Part shown: one piece after another, positions 20,405 to 29,654 of the stretch
How the letters are laid out: each line of letters begins with the position of its first letter
Position numbering within the stretch: the stretch's first letter is position 1
NCBI GenBank assembly: GCA_963711835.1
Contig: CAVQFQ010000017.1
Location: 64,001 to 128,000 of the forward strand
Direction of reading: 5' to 3'
Source: an uncultured delta proteobacterium
GTDB taxonomy: Bacteria; Desulfobacterota; RBG-13-43-22
DNA length: 64,000 nt
Made by a program: the position numbers and the translations under genes
The notes under the pieces: generated by a model
Databases searched by the model: none
What the model saw: only the letters and a program-made list of their open reading frames with translations
What the model was told of the DNA's origin: nothing

Positions 20405-21874
20405 GTGGAATTAGAGCAAATAAAAAACCTGCGCCGCTGGGTAACCGGCCATCCCTATTTTCGCGTCCTGGACTCGATTTCCAAGGATCTCGGCCCGGAG
20501 ATCTTCCTTACCGGGGGATTGGTCCGGGATCGCCTGGCCGACAGAGAAACCCAGGACGTGGATCTGACCATGGCCCGGGAGGCCTTGAGAATCGCCCAAA
20601 AGTTCGCCGATCAGACCGGAGGCTCTCTGGTTTTGCTGCGGGAAGAGGCGGAAACCGCGCGGGTCGTTTTTAAGGAGGCCAGTTTCGACTTCGCAAAATT
20701 TCGCGGTCCCGATCTGGAAGCCGATTTAAGGGGGAGGGATTTTACCGTCAATACCATTTCCCTTTCCCTCAGCCGGGCCTTTGGTCCGGAGGAATGGCCT
20801 CTCATCGATCCCCTGGGAGGAATCTCCGATCTCGGCCATAAGATCCTGCGGATGGCCGGGCCGCTCAGTTTTGATCAGGATCCCCTGCGGACCCTCCGGG
20901 CTTTCCGCTTTTCCGCCCAGCTCGGGCTGACGATCGAACCGGCGACCCTGCAATCCATCAAGGAATCGGCCTCCAAGCTGGTCGAAACAGCCCCGGAACG
21001 GATTCATCACGAATGGCTCCTCTTGCTCTCCCAGCCCTTCTGTTTCGCACAGGTTGGACAGATGGACCCCTCCGGCCTTCTGGAGGTTCTTTTCCCCGAA
21101 TTGGTCCGGTTAAAAGGGGTGGTCCAAAACCGCTATCATCATCTAAGTGCCTTTGATCATTCCTTGCTGTCCCTTCGCCGTCTGGAGGAAATTTTTTCCG
21201 GCCCGACCTCCCTTCCTTCCCGCCTGGCGGAAGAGGTGAATGTCTATCAGGACGAAGGCCGTAAACTTCCCTGGTTGAAATGGGCCGTTCTGATCCATGA
21301 TTTAGGCAAGTCGGCCACAGCCGAAAACAAAGGGGATCGTTTGACCTTTCACGGCCATGCCTCAGCCTCCCAAAGTCTCTTCCAATCCATTGCCGAACGC
21401 TATCGGCTGAGCCACCGGGAAAGAAACACCATCGTCCAGATGATCGGGTGGCATATGCGGCCTCTCCATCTGGCCGAGGAAATGCGGAAAGGGACCTTGA
21501 GCCGCCGGGCCTTAACCCGCTTTGTCCGGGAGGTGGCCGATGATTTGAACGGCGTTTTCGCTTTGTCCCTGGCCGACAGCCTGGCCGCTCAAGGCCCGGA
21601 GAAACCCAAAGATAGCGAAGCTGGAATCATGGCCCTCTGGGAAAAAGCCCTCGTGATCCGGGATGAATTCATACGCCCTATGAGAAAGGCCCCGGCCCTG
21701 CTTTCCGGTCTGGATCTGATTGAACTGGGTCTGACTCCGGGCCCTTTATTTAAAACCCTTTTGTCCGAATTTGAGGAAGAGAGGTTTGAGGGGGGCATCA
21801 CCAACAAAGAGGAGGCCGTCGGTTGGCTCCGGAAACAGATCGCCTCTAAAAAATCCCTGACCAAAGCACCTTGA
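20405..21874 (+). CDS. tRNA nucleotidyltransferase/poly(A) polymerase family protein with HD domain
   Basis: GGLVRD..D.D, RDFTVN, DPLR.LRAFRF, HDLGK. Confidence 0.88.
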   Translation: MELEQIKNLRRWVTGHPYFRVLDSISKDLGPEIFLTGGLVRDRLADRETQDVDLTMAREALRIAQKFADQTGGSLVLLREEAETARVVFKEASFDFAKFRGPDLEADLRGRDFTVNTISLSLSRAFGPEEWPLIDPLGGISDLGHKILRMAGPLSFDQDPLRTLRAFRFSAQLGLTIEPATLQSIKESASKLVETAPERIHHEWLLLLSQPFCFAQVGQMDPSGLLEVLFPELVRLKGVVQNRYHHLSAFDHSLLSLRRLEEIFSGPTSLPSRLAEEVNVYQDEGRKLPWLKWAVLIHDLGKSATAENKGDRLTFHGHASASQSLFQSIAERYRLSHRERNTIVQMIGWHMRPLHLAEEMRKGTLSRRALTRFVREVADDLNGVFALSLADSLAAQGPEKPKDSEAGIMALWEKALVIRDEFIRPMRKAPALLSGLDLIELGLTPGPLFKTLLSEFEEERFEGGITNKEEAVGWLRKQIASKKSLTKAP

Positions 21875-21932
21875 GATTTCTCTCTATCGTTGATGGTTAT
21901 GGTGGTTGGGGGTCTTGTTGGGGGGATGGCCG

Positions 21933-22076
21933 TTAAGGCTGGAGAGGCGGGGTATAATTGGGGCTTATGATGTTGGCCAGGGAGACGATTAAGACAAAAA
22001 TGACCCAGAAAACAATAGAGATAATCAACCAATCCCGGGCGGTGTCGTTTTTGTCTGTTTGATCTTTATTTTCCAT
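21933..22076 (-). CDS. Small single-TM hypothetical protein (47 aa)
   Basis: ATG ORF with the hydrophobic stretch WLIISIVFWVIFVLIVSLANII. Confidence 0.45.
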   Translation of the reverse strand: MENKDQTDKNDTARDWLIISIVFWVIFVLIVSLANIISPNYTPPLQP

Positions 22077-22201
22077 TAAAAATAATTTAGGGCATATCAA
22101 TTTCTTTGTCAAGGCGATCTTTGATGCGACCAACGACCTGATCCAGGCCGTCTTCCCGTTTTCCCGGGAAGACGGCGAAAACCACACAAGGAAGTCTATA
22201 A

Positions 22202-23044
22202 TCAAAGACCGGCCAGGAATTGCCCTAAGGCCTCCTGCCAGGGAAGGGGTTGATAGCCCGAGATCAGGCTGGTATAACGCATATCCAGGACCGAAAAGGC
22301 CGGCCGTTTGGCCGGCCTTTCCAATTGGTGGCTGTGGATAGGACGGACCTCGTTTTTAATTCCCTGGACCTTTAAAATTTCCCGGGCGAAATCATACCAC
22401 CCTATTCCCCCATCGGTGCGGTCGGTCAGGTGATAGGTCCCGAAGTTCCCGCTCTCAATAATCCGAAGGATTCCCCGGCTCAAATTGACGCTCCAGGTGG
22501 GAGACATGATTTGGTCGGTCACCACCGACAGGGGATCCCCTTTCCCGGCCCGGTCCAGGATCATCCGGACAAAGTTGGGGCCGTGACTCCCGTATAGAGA
22601 ACTGGTCCGGACGATGTAAAAGCGGTTCAGGAGGTGTTCCGCATAAAATTCCCCGGCCAATTTGGAGGCCCCGTAAACATTGACGGGGCCGGTCGCATCC
22701 CAGGGTTGATAAGGCCGGGAGCCGCCGCCGTCAAAGACATAATCCGTACTGATCTGGCACAAGACCGTCCCAACCGCCTGGCAGGCCAGGGCCAGATGAT
22801 GCACGCCCAGGGCATTGACCCGGAAGGCTTCGTCGGCCTCCTTTTCCGCCCGGTCAACCTGGGTGTAGCCGGCGCAATTAACCAAGATATCCGGCCGGAG
22901 GGTTTCGAGCTTAAGGAAGACCGCGGCCTTTTGGGTTATGTCCAGGTCCTGGAGGGCCAGGGGAATCACCTCATGTTCCCTTTGAAGAATGGGGACCAGA
23001 TCGCAAGACAATAATCCGGGAAAGCCGGTCACCAGGATTTTCAC
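22202..23044 (-). CDS. rfbD: dTDP-4-dehydrorhamnose reductase
   Basis: AGYTQVDRAE, STDYVFDG, YGASK, RPAFSVL. Confidence 0.93.
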   Translation of the reverse strand: MKILVTGFPGLLSCDLVPILQREHEVIPLALQDLDITQKAAVFLKLETLRPDILVNCAGYTQVDRAEKEADEAFRVNALGVHHLALACQAVGTVLCQISTDYVFDGGGSRPYQPWDATGPVNVYGASKLAGEFYAEHLLNRFYIVRTSSLYGSHGPNFVRMILDRAGKGDPLSVVTDQIMSPTWSVNLSRGILRIIESGNFGTYHLTDRTDGGIGWYDFAREILKVQGIKNEVRPIHSHQLERPAKRPAFSVLDMRYTSLISGYQPLPWQEALGQFLAGL

Positions 23045-24078
23045 GAGCCGCTCCAGAATCCCCGGCTTTCCCGGGCCAATCTCTTCTTAAGGGGCTGCCA
23101 CCAGAGGGGATGATCCTGGTACCATTGAACAGTCCGGGCCAGCCCTTGGGAAAATTCAACCGTGGGGCGCCAGCCGATCTCACGCCGGATCTTCTCATTG
23201 CTTAAGGCATAGCGCAGGTCATGGCCCGGTCGATCGGTCACAAACTCCAGCCACTCCTCTCCCCGGTCAAGCCTCTTAAGGACCTCCCGGGCCACTTCAA
23301 TATTTTTTCGCTCCGACTCCCCGCCCACGTTGTAGGCCTGACCGACCCGGCCCTCTTCAAGGATTCTGTTGATGGCCCGGCAGGCGTCATCCACAAACAG
23401 CCAATCCCGCACATTTTCGCCCCGGCCATAGACCGGCACGGATTGCCCTTCCAGGAGATTGGTGATCATCAGGGGGATGAATTTTTCCGGAAACTGAAAC
23501 GGGCCGTAATTATTGGAGGGCCGGACGATCAGGACCGGAAAGCGGAAGGTTTCGAAGTAGGCCCGGGCTAAAAGATCGCCGGCCGCCTTGCTGGCCGAAT
23601 AGGGTGAGTTGGGCCGAAAAGGGGTTTCCTCGGTAAAAATGCCTTTGGCGCCTAAAGCCCCATAGACCTCGTCGGTGGAAACATGGAGGAAGCGGAAGCC
23701 GGGGGCTTTATCAAGTTTTTCCACCCAATAGCGCTTGAAAACCTCCAGCAAGGTATGGGTCCCCAGGACATTGGTCTGGATAAATTCTTTCGATCCTCCG
23801 ATCGACCGGTCCACGTGCGATTCGGCGGCGAAATGGACGACCGCCTGGACCGGAACCCGGGTCAACAGATCGCCCAGCAGGGCCTCGTCCAGGATATCCC
23901 CTTCTACAAATTGGTACCAGGGTCCGGAGCGGAGGTCCCGGAGGTTGTCCGGGTTGGCGGAATAGGTTATCTTGTCCAGATTGATCAGGCGATCTTCCGG
24001 GTGAGCCTGGTGAAACAGGCGGATAAAATTGGAGCCGATAAATCCCAGACCGCCGGTTATCAGTATGGTCTTTTCCAT
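23041..24078 (-). CDS. rfbB: dTDP-glucose 4,6-dehydratase
   Basis: GG.GFIGSNF, AAESHVDRSI, STDEVYG, YSASK, DRPGHD.RY. Confidence 0.96.
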   Translation of the reverse strand: MEKTILITGGLGFIGSNFIRLFHQAHPEDRLINLDKITYSANPDNLRDLRSGPWYQFVEGDILDEALLGDLLTRVPVQAVVHFAAESHVDRSIGGSKEFIQTNVLGTHTLLEVFKRYWVEKLDKAPGFRFLHVSTDEVYGALGAKGIFTEETPFRPNSPYSASKAAGDLLARAYFETFRFPVLIVRPSNNYGPFQFPEKFIPLMITNLLEGQSVPVYGRGENVRDWLFVDDACRAINRILEEGRVGQAYNVGGESERKNIEVAREVLKRLDRGEEWLEFVTDRPGHDLRYALSNEKIRREIGWRPTVEFSQGLARTVQWYQDHPLWWQPLKKRLARESRGFWSGS

Positions 24079-24116
24079 CTTCGCTATCCGCACCAATTTA
24101 TGAGCTGCTGGCTGCG

Positions 24117-25184
24117 CTACACTTCCACCAGGGCATTATCGCCGATCATCAACCGCAGGGCCTTGGACTGCTTTGCGCCCTGGGTGACCCGGGCCTCCCG
24201 GCCGATCAGGCTGTCCTCCAGGCGGCTGATGTTCTCGACATAACAGTGGCTCAGAAGGACCGAATGTTCGATGACCGAGCAGATAACGCGGCTGTGAGGG
24301 CCGATGGTGGTATAAGGACCGATAAAGGAGTTGATGATCTCCGACCCCTCGCCGATGACGGCCGGTCCCCGGATGGTACTGCCTCTTACCTTGGCCTTTT
24401 TCCCCAGTTGTACCCGGCCGGTCAGCCGGCTCTGGGCATCGCAGTGACCGGCGATATCTCGCTTTATAAAATCATCCAGGACCGTAGTGTTGGCAGCCAG
24501 GATATCATCTTTTTTACCGGTATCCAACCACCAGCCTTCCAGGATGTGGCCCTTCACCAGACCTTTTCCATCCATCAGTTCCTGAATGGCATCGGTGATC
24601 TCCAATTCTCCCCGGGCCGAGGGTTTGATGCGATCAATGGCCTCATGGATCTTGGGGGAGAAGAAGTAGACACCCACCAGGGCCAGATTGGAAGGGGGTT
24701 TTCGGGGTTTTTCAACCAGCCGGATAATCTGCCCCTTTTTATTCAAGACCGCCACCCCAAAGGCCTGGGGGTTTTCGACCTCTTTTAATAATAAAAAGGC
24801 ATCCACCTTTTCGGCCAGAAATTGTTCCCCATAGCCTTTGATCCCCTCAGCCAGGAGATTATCCCCCAGATACATGACAAAGGGGGAGGAACCCAGAAAA
24901 GGCCGGGCTGTTTTAACCGCATGAGCCAGGCCGAGAGGTTGCTCCTGAAGGATGTACTGGATGCGTAAATTCCAGCGTTCTCCTTTTTTCAGGTAGTCTT
25001 TGACTTCCTGCTGGGTCTCGGGGGCTACCACCACGCCCACCTCTTTGATGCCGGCCTCCATGAGGTGCTGGAAGACATAGCCCAAGATGGGCTCATTGGC
25101 CACCGGGACCAGTTGTTTGGCCATGGTATGGGTGATGGGCCTGAGACGAACTCCTTTCCCTCCTGATAACACCAAAGCCTTCAT
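24117..25184 (-). CDS. rfbA: Glucose-1-phosphate thymidylyltransferase (long form)
   Basis: GGKG.RLRP.T...AKQL.PVAN, PSARGELEITDA, C-terminal beta-helix. Confidence 0.93.
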   Translation of the reverse strand: MKALVLSGGKGVRLRPITHTMAKQLVPVANEPILGYVFQHLMEAGIKEVGVVVAPETQQEVKDYLKKGERWNLRIQYILQEQPLGLAHAVKTARPFLGSSPFVMYLGDNLLAEGIKGYGEQFLAEKVDAFLLLKEVENPQAFGVAVLNKKGQIIRLVEKPRKPPSNLALVGVYFFSPKIHEAIDRIKPSARGELEITDAIQELMDGKGLVKGHILEGWWLDTGKKDDILAANTTVLDDFIKRDIAGHCDAQSRLTGRVQLGKKAKVRGSTIRGPAVIGEGSEIINSFIGPYTTIGPHSRVICSVIEHSVLLSHCYVENISRLEDSLIGREARVTQGAKQSKALRLMIGDNALVEV

Positions 25185-25327
25185 GAGGATCTTCCTTTTG
25201 TAGGTTTTATTATCGGTTTAACGGCCGAGATAAATTCCCGGATATCGCCGTTGACAGCCGGCGGGTTTTCCATGAAGAAGAGGTGTCCCAGCCCTTCATA
25301 CCCTATCAGCCGGGCCTGGGGCATCAT
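25181..25327 (-). pseudogene. C-terminal remnant of an alpha/beta hydrolase
   Basis: Translates as MMPQARLIGYEGLGHLFFMENPPAVNGDIREFI..., the catalytic-His tail motif; its TGA overlaps the rfbA ATG. Confidence 0.6.
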
Positions 25328-25599
25328 GGTTAACCTGCTATTCCAACCTAAAGTCCGGAGCGGGTCGCTGCCCGGTCAAGGTGCTTCTCCGGACCATTTC
25401 TATCGGCAAGTATTACCACTACCGGCTTTCCCTTCAGGGGTCAAGGGTAATCTCCGGTAAAGGCTTTCTTCCCCGGGTTTCCTTAAACCAGGTCCTTACT
25501 CCCCCGGCCCCTTTTTTATTGGGTCACGAAGGGAAGAACCTGATATAATGAATACCATAAGGCCGTAATTCCAAATCCTAAAGACTAAGGAGCGAAAAT

Positions 25600-26910
25600 A
25601 TGCCCAACTATACCTTGGACTCCCGTCTGCCCCTCATTCAGCAGGCCGATCTGGAAGGAAAAATCGTCCTGGTCCGGGTGGATCATAACGTGGTCAACAA
25701 AGGGATTATTCGGGACCCTTACCGTATCGAGCAGACCTTTGGTACCCTCTATAACATCGTGGAACGGGGAGGGCGTCCTATTCTGATGACCCATGTCGGC
25801 CGCCCTAAGGATAAAAAGACCGGTGAAATATCCTGCCAACCGGACAGCGGCGTGGAACCGATCGTCCGTTATCTGGAGCAAAAACTGCATACCCAATTTT
25901 TTGTGCCGGATTTCTCCCCCGACGGATCGAAAGGGATTACCCATATTGATACCTCGATAAATTTAGCCGTTAAGGATTTGCGTCGCCGGAAAATAGGCGG
26001 CATTTATCTGCCCAATACCCGCTGGTTTCAAGGAGAGGAGAGCCGGGGGCCGGAGCGGGAGGCCCTGGCCAGCCAATTGGCCGGGCTGGGCGATGTTTTT
26101 ATCAACGATGCCTTCGGCTCCTGGCAGGCCCATGCCTCCACCTACGACATCACCCGCTATCTGCCGTCATTCGCGGGTTTTTTGATGCAAAAGGAAATCG
26201 CCAACCTGGACCGGGTCCTCAAACCGGAGCGCCCTTTTCTGGCCGTAGTGGCCGGAGCCAAATACGACACCAAGATCGGTCCGCTCAATAAAATCTACGA
26301 AAAGGTGGACCATCTGATTCTGGGTGGGGTGATCTACAATACCTATTTGGCGGCCAAGTGGGGGGTAGCGATCAAGGGTGTCCCCGACAAGGATGTGCAA
26401 GCCGCCAGGGAACTGGTGGCTATGGACAGGGAGAAGAAAAAAATCATCGAGCTTCCCTATGTGGTGGAATCGGATATCCTGGAAGGCCGGCAGGAAGGAC
26501 GCTATCGCACCTTGAACCTCAGGGATTTTAAGCCCGGCGGTCAGTACGGATACCTTCTGGATATTGCTCCCCAATCCTTTGAAGATCCGGCCGTCCGGGA
26601 GGTCCTTTCCCAAGCCCGAACCATTTTCGTCAACGCCGTAATGGGTTATACCCCCCATTTCACCGAAGGTTCCAAGGCCCTGGACCAGGCTATCGATAAG
26701 AATCAGGCCGCCTTCAAGATGTACGGAGGCGGCGATACCCTCCAGGAATTCAAGGATCTCAATCCCGGGCTTTATCTGAGTGTGATCGACAATACCCAGT
26801 ACTATTTCTTTACCGGGGGAGGGACGGTCCTGACCGCCATCGAGGAGGGGACCCCTTATGGCTTGAAACCGATCCAGGCCCTCTTGGAAAATGGAGGCCG
26901 CCAGCCCTGA
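25600..26910 (+). CDS. pgk: Phosphoglycerate kinase (divergent)
   Basis: RVDHNV, TH.GRP, NDAFG, GAK..TKI, GGGDT, TGGG. Confidence 0.85.
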   Translation: MPNYTLDSRLPLIQQADLEGKIVLVRVDHNVVNKGIIRDPYRIEQTFGTLYNIVERGGRPILMTHVGRPKDKKTGEISCQPDSGVEPIVRYLEQKLHTQFFVPDFSPDGSKGITHIDTSINLAVKDLRRRKIGGIYLPNTRWFQGEESRGPEREALASQLAGLGDVFINDAFGSWQAHASTYDITRYLPSFAGFLMQKEIANLDRVLKPERPFLAVVAGAKYDTKIGPLNKIYEKVDHLILGGVIYNTYLAAKWGVAIKGVPDKDVQAARELVAMDREKKKIIELPYVVESDILEGRQEGRYRTLNLRDFKPGGQYGYLLDIAPQSFEDPAVREVLSQARTIFVNAVMGYTPHFTEGSKALDQAIDKNQAAFKMYGGGDTLQEFKDLNPGLYLSVIDNTQYYFFTGGGTVLTAIEEGTPYGLKPIQALLENGGRQP

Positions 26911-27025
26911 GCAAATCCTGTTGGAGGCCTTAGGGGGACGGTCCTCTAACCAAAGGCCCCTTCTTAGATTCTATCACTCTTAACCCTGGGAATTTATCTC
27001 TAAATTTCCAATATCAGGTGTAGGG

Positions 27026-27169
27026 GGGTCTTATTTTTTGAGTTGTCCAAAGGGTGACTAAGAGCCCCTAATCCGGCCCGAATAACTAAGTTTATGTTAG
27101 AGTAGGGCATTCATCCCGCCGAGGCGGGACTTATGGCGTTGGGGTGGACAACTTAAAAAAATAAGACCC
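27026..27169. mobile_element. Nested palindromic (MITE/REPIN-like) element, copy D, internally deleted
   Basis: Arms GGGTCTTATTTTTTGAGTTGTCCA / TGGACAACTTAAAAAAATAAGACCC; core AATCCGGCCC..CTAAG..GGGCATTCA shared with copies A-C. Confidence 0.7.
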
Positions 27170-27270
27170 ACCACCACCATTTCTTCAGGACTTTAGAAAA
27201 AATTTCAAAGATCTTTGTTTAGTCTTTGGTACCCTTATTTTAGCTCAGCCTTTTAAATCGGAGATGCTGT

Positions 27271-28026
27271 TTGTTAGAGCAGACCTTCATCCATATTCCG
27301 GGCATCGGGCCCAAGACCGAGCAGGCCATTTGGGGGCAGGGCGTCCTCACCTGGAAACAGTTTTTAATTCACGAAAGACCCATTTTGTCTCCGGAGAAAG
27401 ACCGCCTTATCCGGCAGGAATTGACCTCCTCTTTGGAGCACCGTGAGGATATTCATTTTTTCCTGGATCGTCTCTCCACCCCCAACCTTTGGAGACTCTA
27501 TCCGGCCTTCCGCAACAAAACCGTCTTTCTCGATATTGAAACCGATGGAGGGCTTCAGGGCTTCGATGAAATCACGGTCATCGGTCTTTATGACGGCCGG
27601 CAGGTTCAGACCTTTATCAACGGAATCAATTTGGAGGCCTTCGAAGAGGCCGTCCTGGCCTATGAGTTGGTCATTACCTATAACGGCAGCGGCTTTGATC
27701 TGCCCTGCCTGAGGCGCAGCTTTCGCCATCTTTCCCTTCCTGCGGGCCATATCGACCTGCGGCATCTCCTGAAAAGGATCGGGCTTAGCGGAGGGCTGAA
27801 AGCCATTGAAAAGAAGGTCGGCCTGGTCCGGGAGCCTCAGGTCGAGGGGTTGGACGGCTTTGATGCCGTCAGGCTCTGGAGGGCTTACCAGTGGGGAGAC
27901 CGGTCCTCTCTGGATCGCTTAATTCTCTATAATACCATGGACATAGTCCATCTAAAGCCCTTGATGGAATTGGGTTTCCAGAAGATGAAATGCCTTTGCG
28001 GTCCGAAAACTTTAAGGCCGATTTAA
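27271..28026 (+). CDS. YprB-like RNase H-fold exonuclease
   Basis: N-terminal HhH (IPGIGPKTE), FLDIETDG, TYNGSGFDLP, GGLK.IEK, YN..D. Confidence 0.85.
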   Translation: MLEQTFIHIPGIGPKTEQAIWGQGVLTWKQFLIHERPILSPEKDRLIRQELTSSLEHREDIHFFLDRLSTPNLWRLYPAFRNKTVFLDIETDGGLQGFDEITVIGLYDGRQVQTFINGINLEAFEEAVLAYELVITYNGSGFDLPCLRRSFRHLSLPAGHIDLRHLLKRIGLSGGLKAIEKKVGLVREPQVEGLDGFDAVRLWRAYQWGDRSSLDRLILYNTMDIVHLKPLMELGFQKMKCLCGPKTLRPI

Positions 28027-28084
28027 TTTTATCCCTTGACTTTCCCCTCAAAAATATAATATATAATCGAACTTTTTATTAAAG

Positions 28085-28693
28085 GTGGAGAAATTGCCGG
28101 TGAGGACTTCCAAATCAAAAAAAGGGTTGGGGCAGGGCAGGCTGGACAATGCCTGGCTGGTTCCGAGAAAGGTCTTTTTTACCAAAGGGATCGGAAGGCA
28201 CAAGGCCAAGCTGCAATCTTTTGAGTTGGCCCTCCGGGATGCCGGAATCGAGAAGTGCAATCTGGTCTATGTTTCTTCCATCTTTCCTCCCAATTGCAAG
28301 ATTATTCCTTTCGAAGAAGGGATCAAAGAGCTTCTTCCCGGACAGATCACCTTTTGCGTGCTGGCCAAAATCAGTTCCAACGAACCGGAAAGACTCATGG
28401 GGGCCTCCATCGGGCTGGCGGTGCCGGCCGATGAGTACCATTACGGCTATCTTTCAGAACATTCGGCCTTTGGTGAAAACGAAAAGTTCATGAGCGATTT
28501 CGCCGAAGACCTGGCCTCCACCATGCTGGCCACCACCTTAGGGATCGACTTCGATCCTCAGAAGGACTATGATGAGCGCCGGGAGATCTATCGCATGAGC
28601 GGGAAAATCGTGGACACCCTTTCGACCACCTGCGTTACCAGAGGAAACGGTCTCTGGACTACGGTGATCGTGGCGGCTGTATTTTTGCTCTGA
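28085..28693 (+). CDS. pdaD: Pyruvoyl-dependent arginine decarboxylase
   Basis: [20 protein letters not shown] self-cleavage motif; GYLSEH. Confidence 0.92.
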   Translation: MEKLPVRTSKSKKGLGQGRLDNAWLVPRKVFFTKGIGRHKAKLQSFELALRDAGIEKCNLVYVSSIFPPNCKIIPFEEGIKELLPGQITFCVLAKISSNEPERLMGASIGLAVPADEYHYGYLSEHSAFGENEKFMSDFAEDLASTMLATTLGIDFDPQKDYDERREIYRMSGKIVDTLSTTCVTRGNGLWTTVIVAAVFLL

Positions 28694-28754
28694 GGTTCCG
28701 AACCGTAACAACAATTCTGGATCAGGATTTTCACAAACTAAAAGCAGGCCGATT

Positions 28755-29654
28755 TTGCAAACGCTGACCTTCCTGGGGTTGGACGAAGGCGATCTTTCTT
28801 CGGAAAAGGCCGAGGTCCTCATCCAACCCATCCCTTATGATTCCACGACCAGTTTTCAGCCGGGAACCCGCTTCGGCCCCGAGGCCATTCTTCAGGCCAG
28901 CCGGCAGGTGGAATTGTGGGATGAAGAACTAAACTGGGAACCGATGGGGGAAAACAGGTCTTTGACTCTTTCCGATATCCCCCCTAATCACCGCGGGCCC
29001 GAGTACATGGTCCGGGATATTCAAAAGGCCCTTCAGCCTTATTGGGATCAGGGAAAATTCGTCCTGGCCCTGGGTGGAGAGCATACCATCAGCCTGCCCT
29101 TAGTCCGGGGCCTCCTGGAAAGGCACCCGGACCTGGTTCTTATCACCTTCGATGCCCACGGCGACCTCAGGGATGCCTGGGAGGGGACCCCCTTTTCCCA
29201 TGCCTGTGTCCTGCGCAGGATATCCGAATTAAAGATACCTGTTTTTCATCTGGGACTGCGCAGTCTTTCCGGAGAAGAACAGGCCTATTTACAGGCCCAG
29301 GATCTCATAAGAACGGTTACCAGCCGGGAGATCCTCAGGGATAATGGCCTGGATCGGTTTCAACGGGAGCTAGCCGGTTTCTCCGGAAGGTCCTTTTACC
29401 TGAGTCTGGATGTGGATGTTTTTGATCCCGGCCTCGTTCCCGGAACGGGGACCCCTGAACCGGGGGGCCTGGACTGGTTTACCATGCTGCAGGCCCTCAG
29501 GCTGGTCTCGGAAACGGGACCCATTCGGGGCGCCGACCTCTGCGAACTCATGCCTCTGCCCGGGTCGAGGACCTCCGAATTTGTAGCCGCCAAATTGATT
29601 TTTAAAATACTTTCCTATAATTTTTATCAAAAAAGATCAACCGGCCATGTCTAA
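28755..29654 (+). CDS. speB: Agmatinase
   Basis: GGEH, DAHGD, SHA, D.DVFDP..PGTGTPEPGG. Confidence 0.92.
   Translation: MQTLTFLGLDEGDLSSEKAEVLIQPIPYDSTTSFQPGTRFGPEAILQASRQVELWDEELNWEPMGENRSLTLSDIPPNHRGPEYMVRDIQKALQPYWDQGKFVLALGGEHTISLPLVRGLLERHPDLVLITFDAHGDLRDAWEGTPFSHACVLRRISELKIPVFHLGLRSLSGEEQAYLQAQDLIRTVTSREILRDNGLDRFQRELAGFSGRSFYLSLDVDVFDPGLVPGTGTPEPGGLDWFTMLQALRLVSETGPIRGADLCELMPLPGSRTSEFVAAKLIFKILSYNFYQKRSTGHV

Noticed and set aside
25251-25520. Possible 6S or SRP RNA in the rfbA-pgk gap
   Set aside because: No SRP or 6S consensus is recognisable, and part of the gap is explained by the hydrolase remnant.
28036-28067. Promoter upstream of pdaD
   Set aside because: TTGACT and the two TATAAT boxes are 13 and 20 bp apart, so the position cannot be called confidently.
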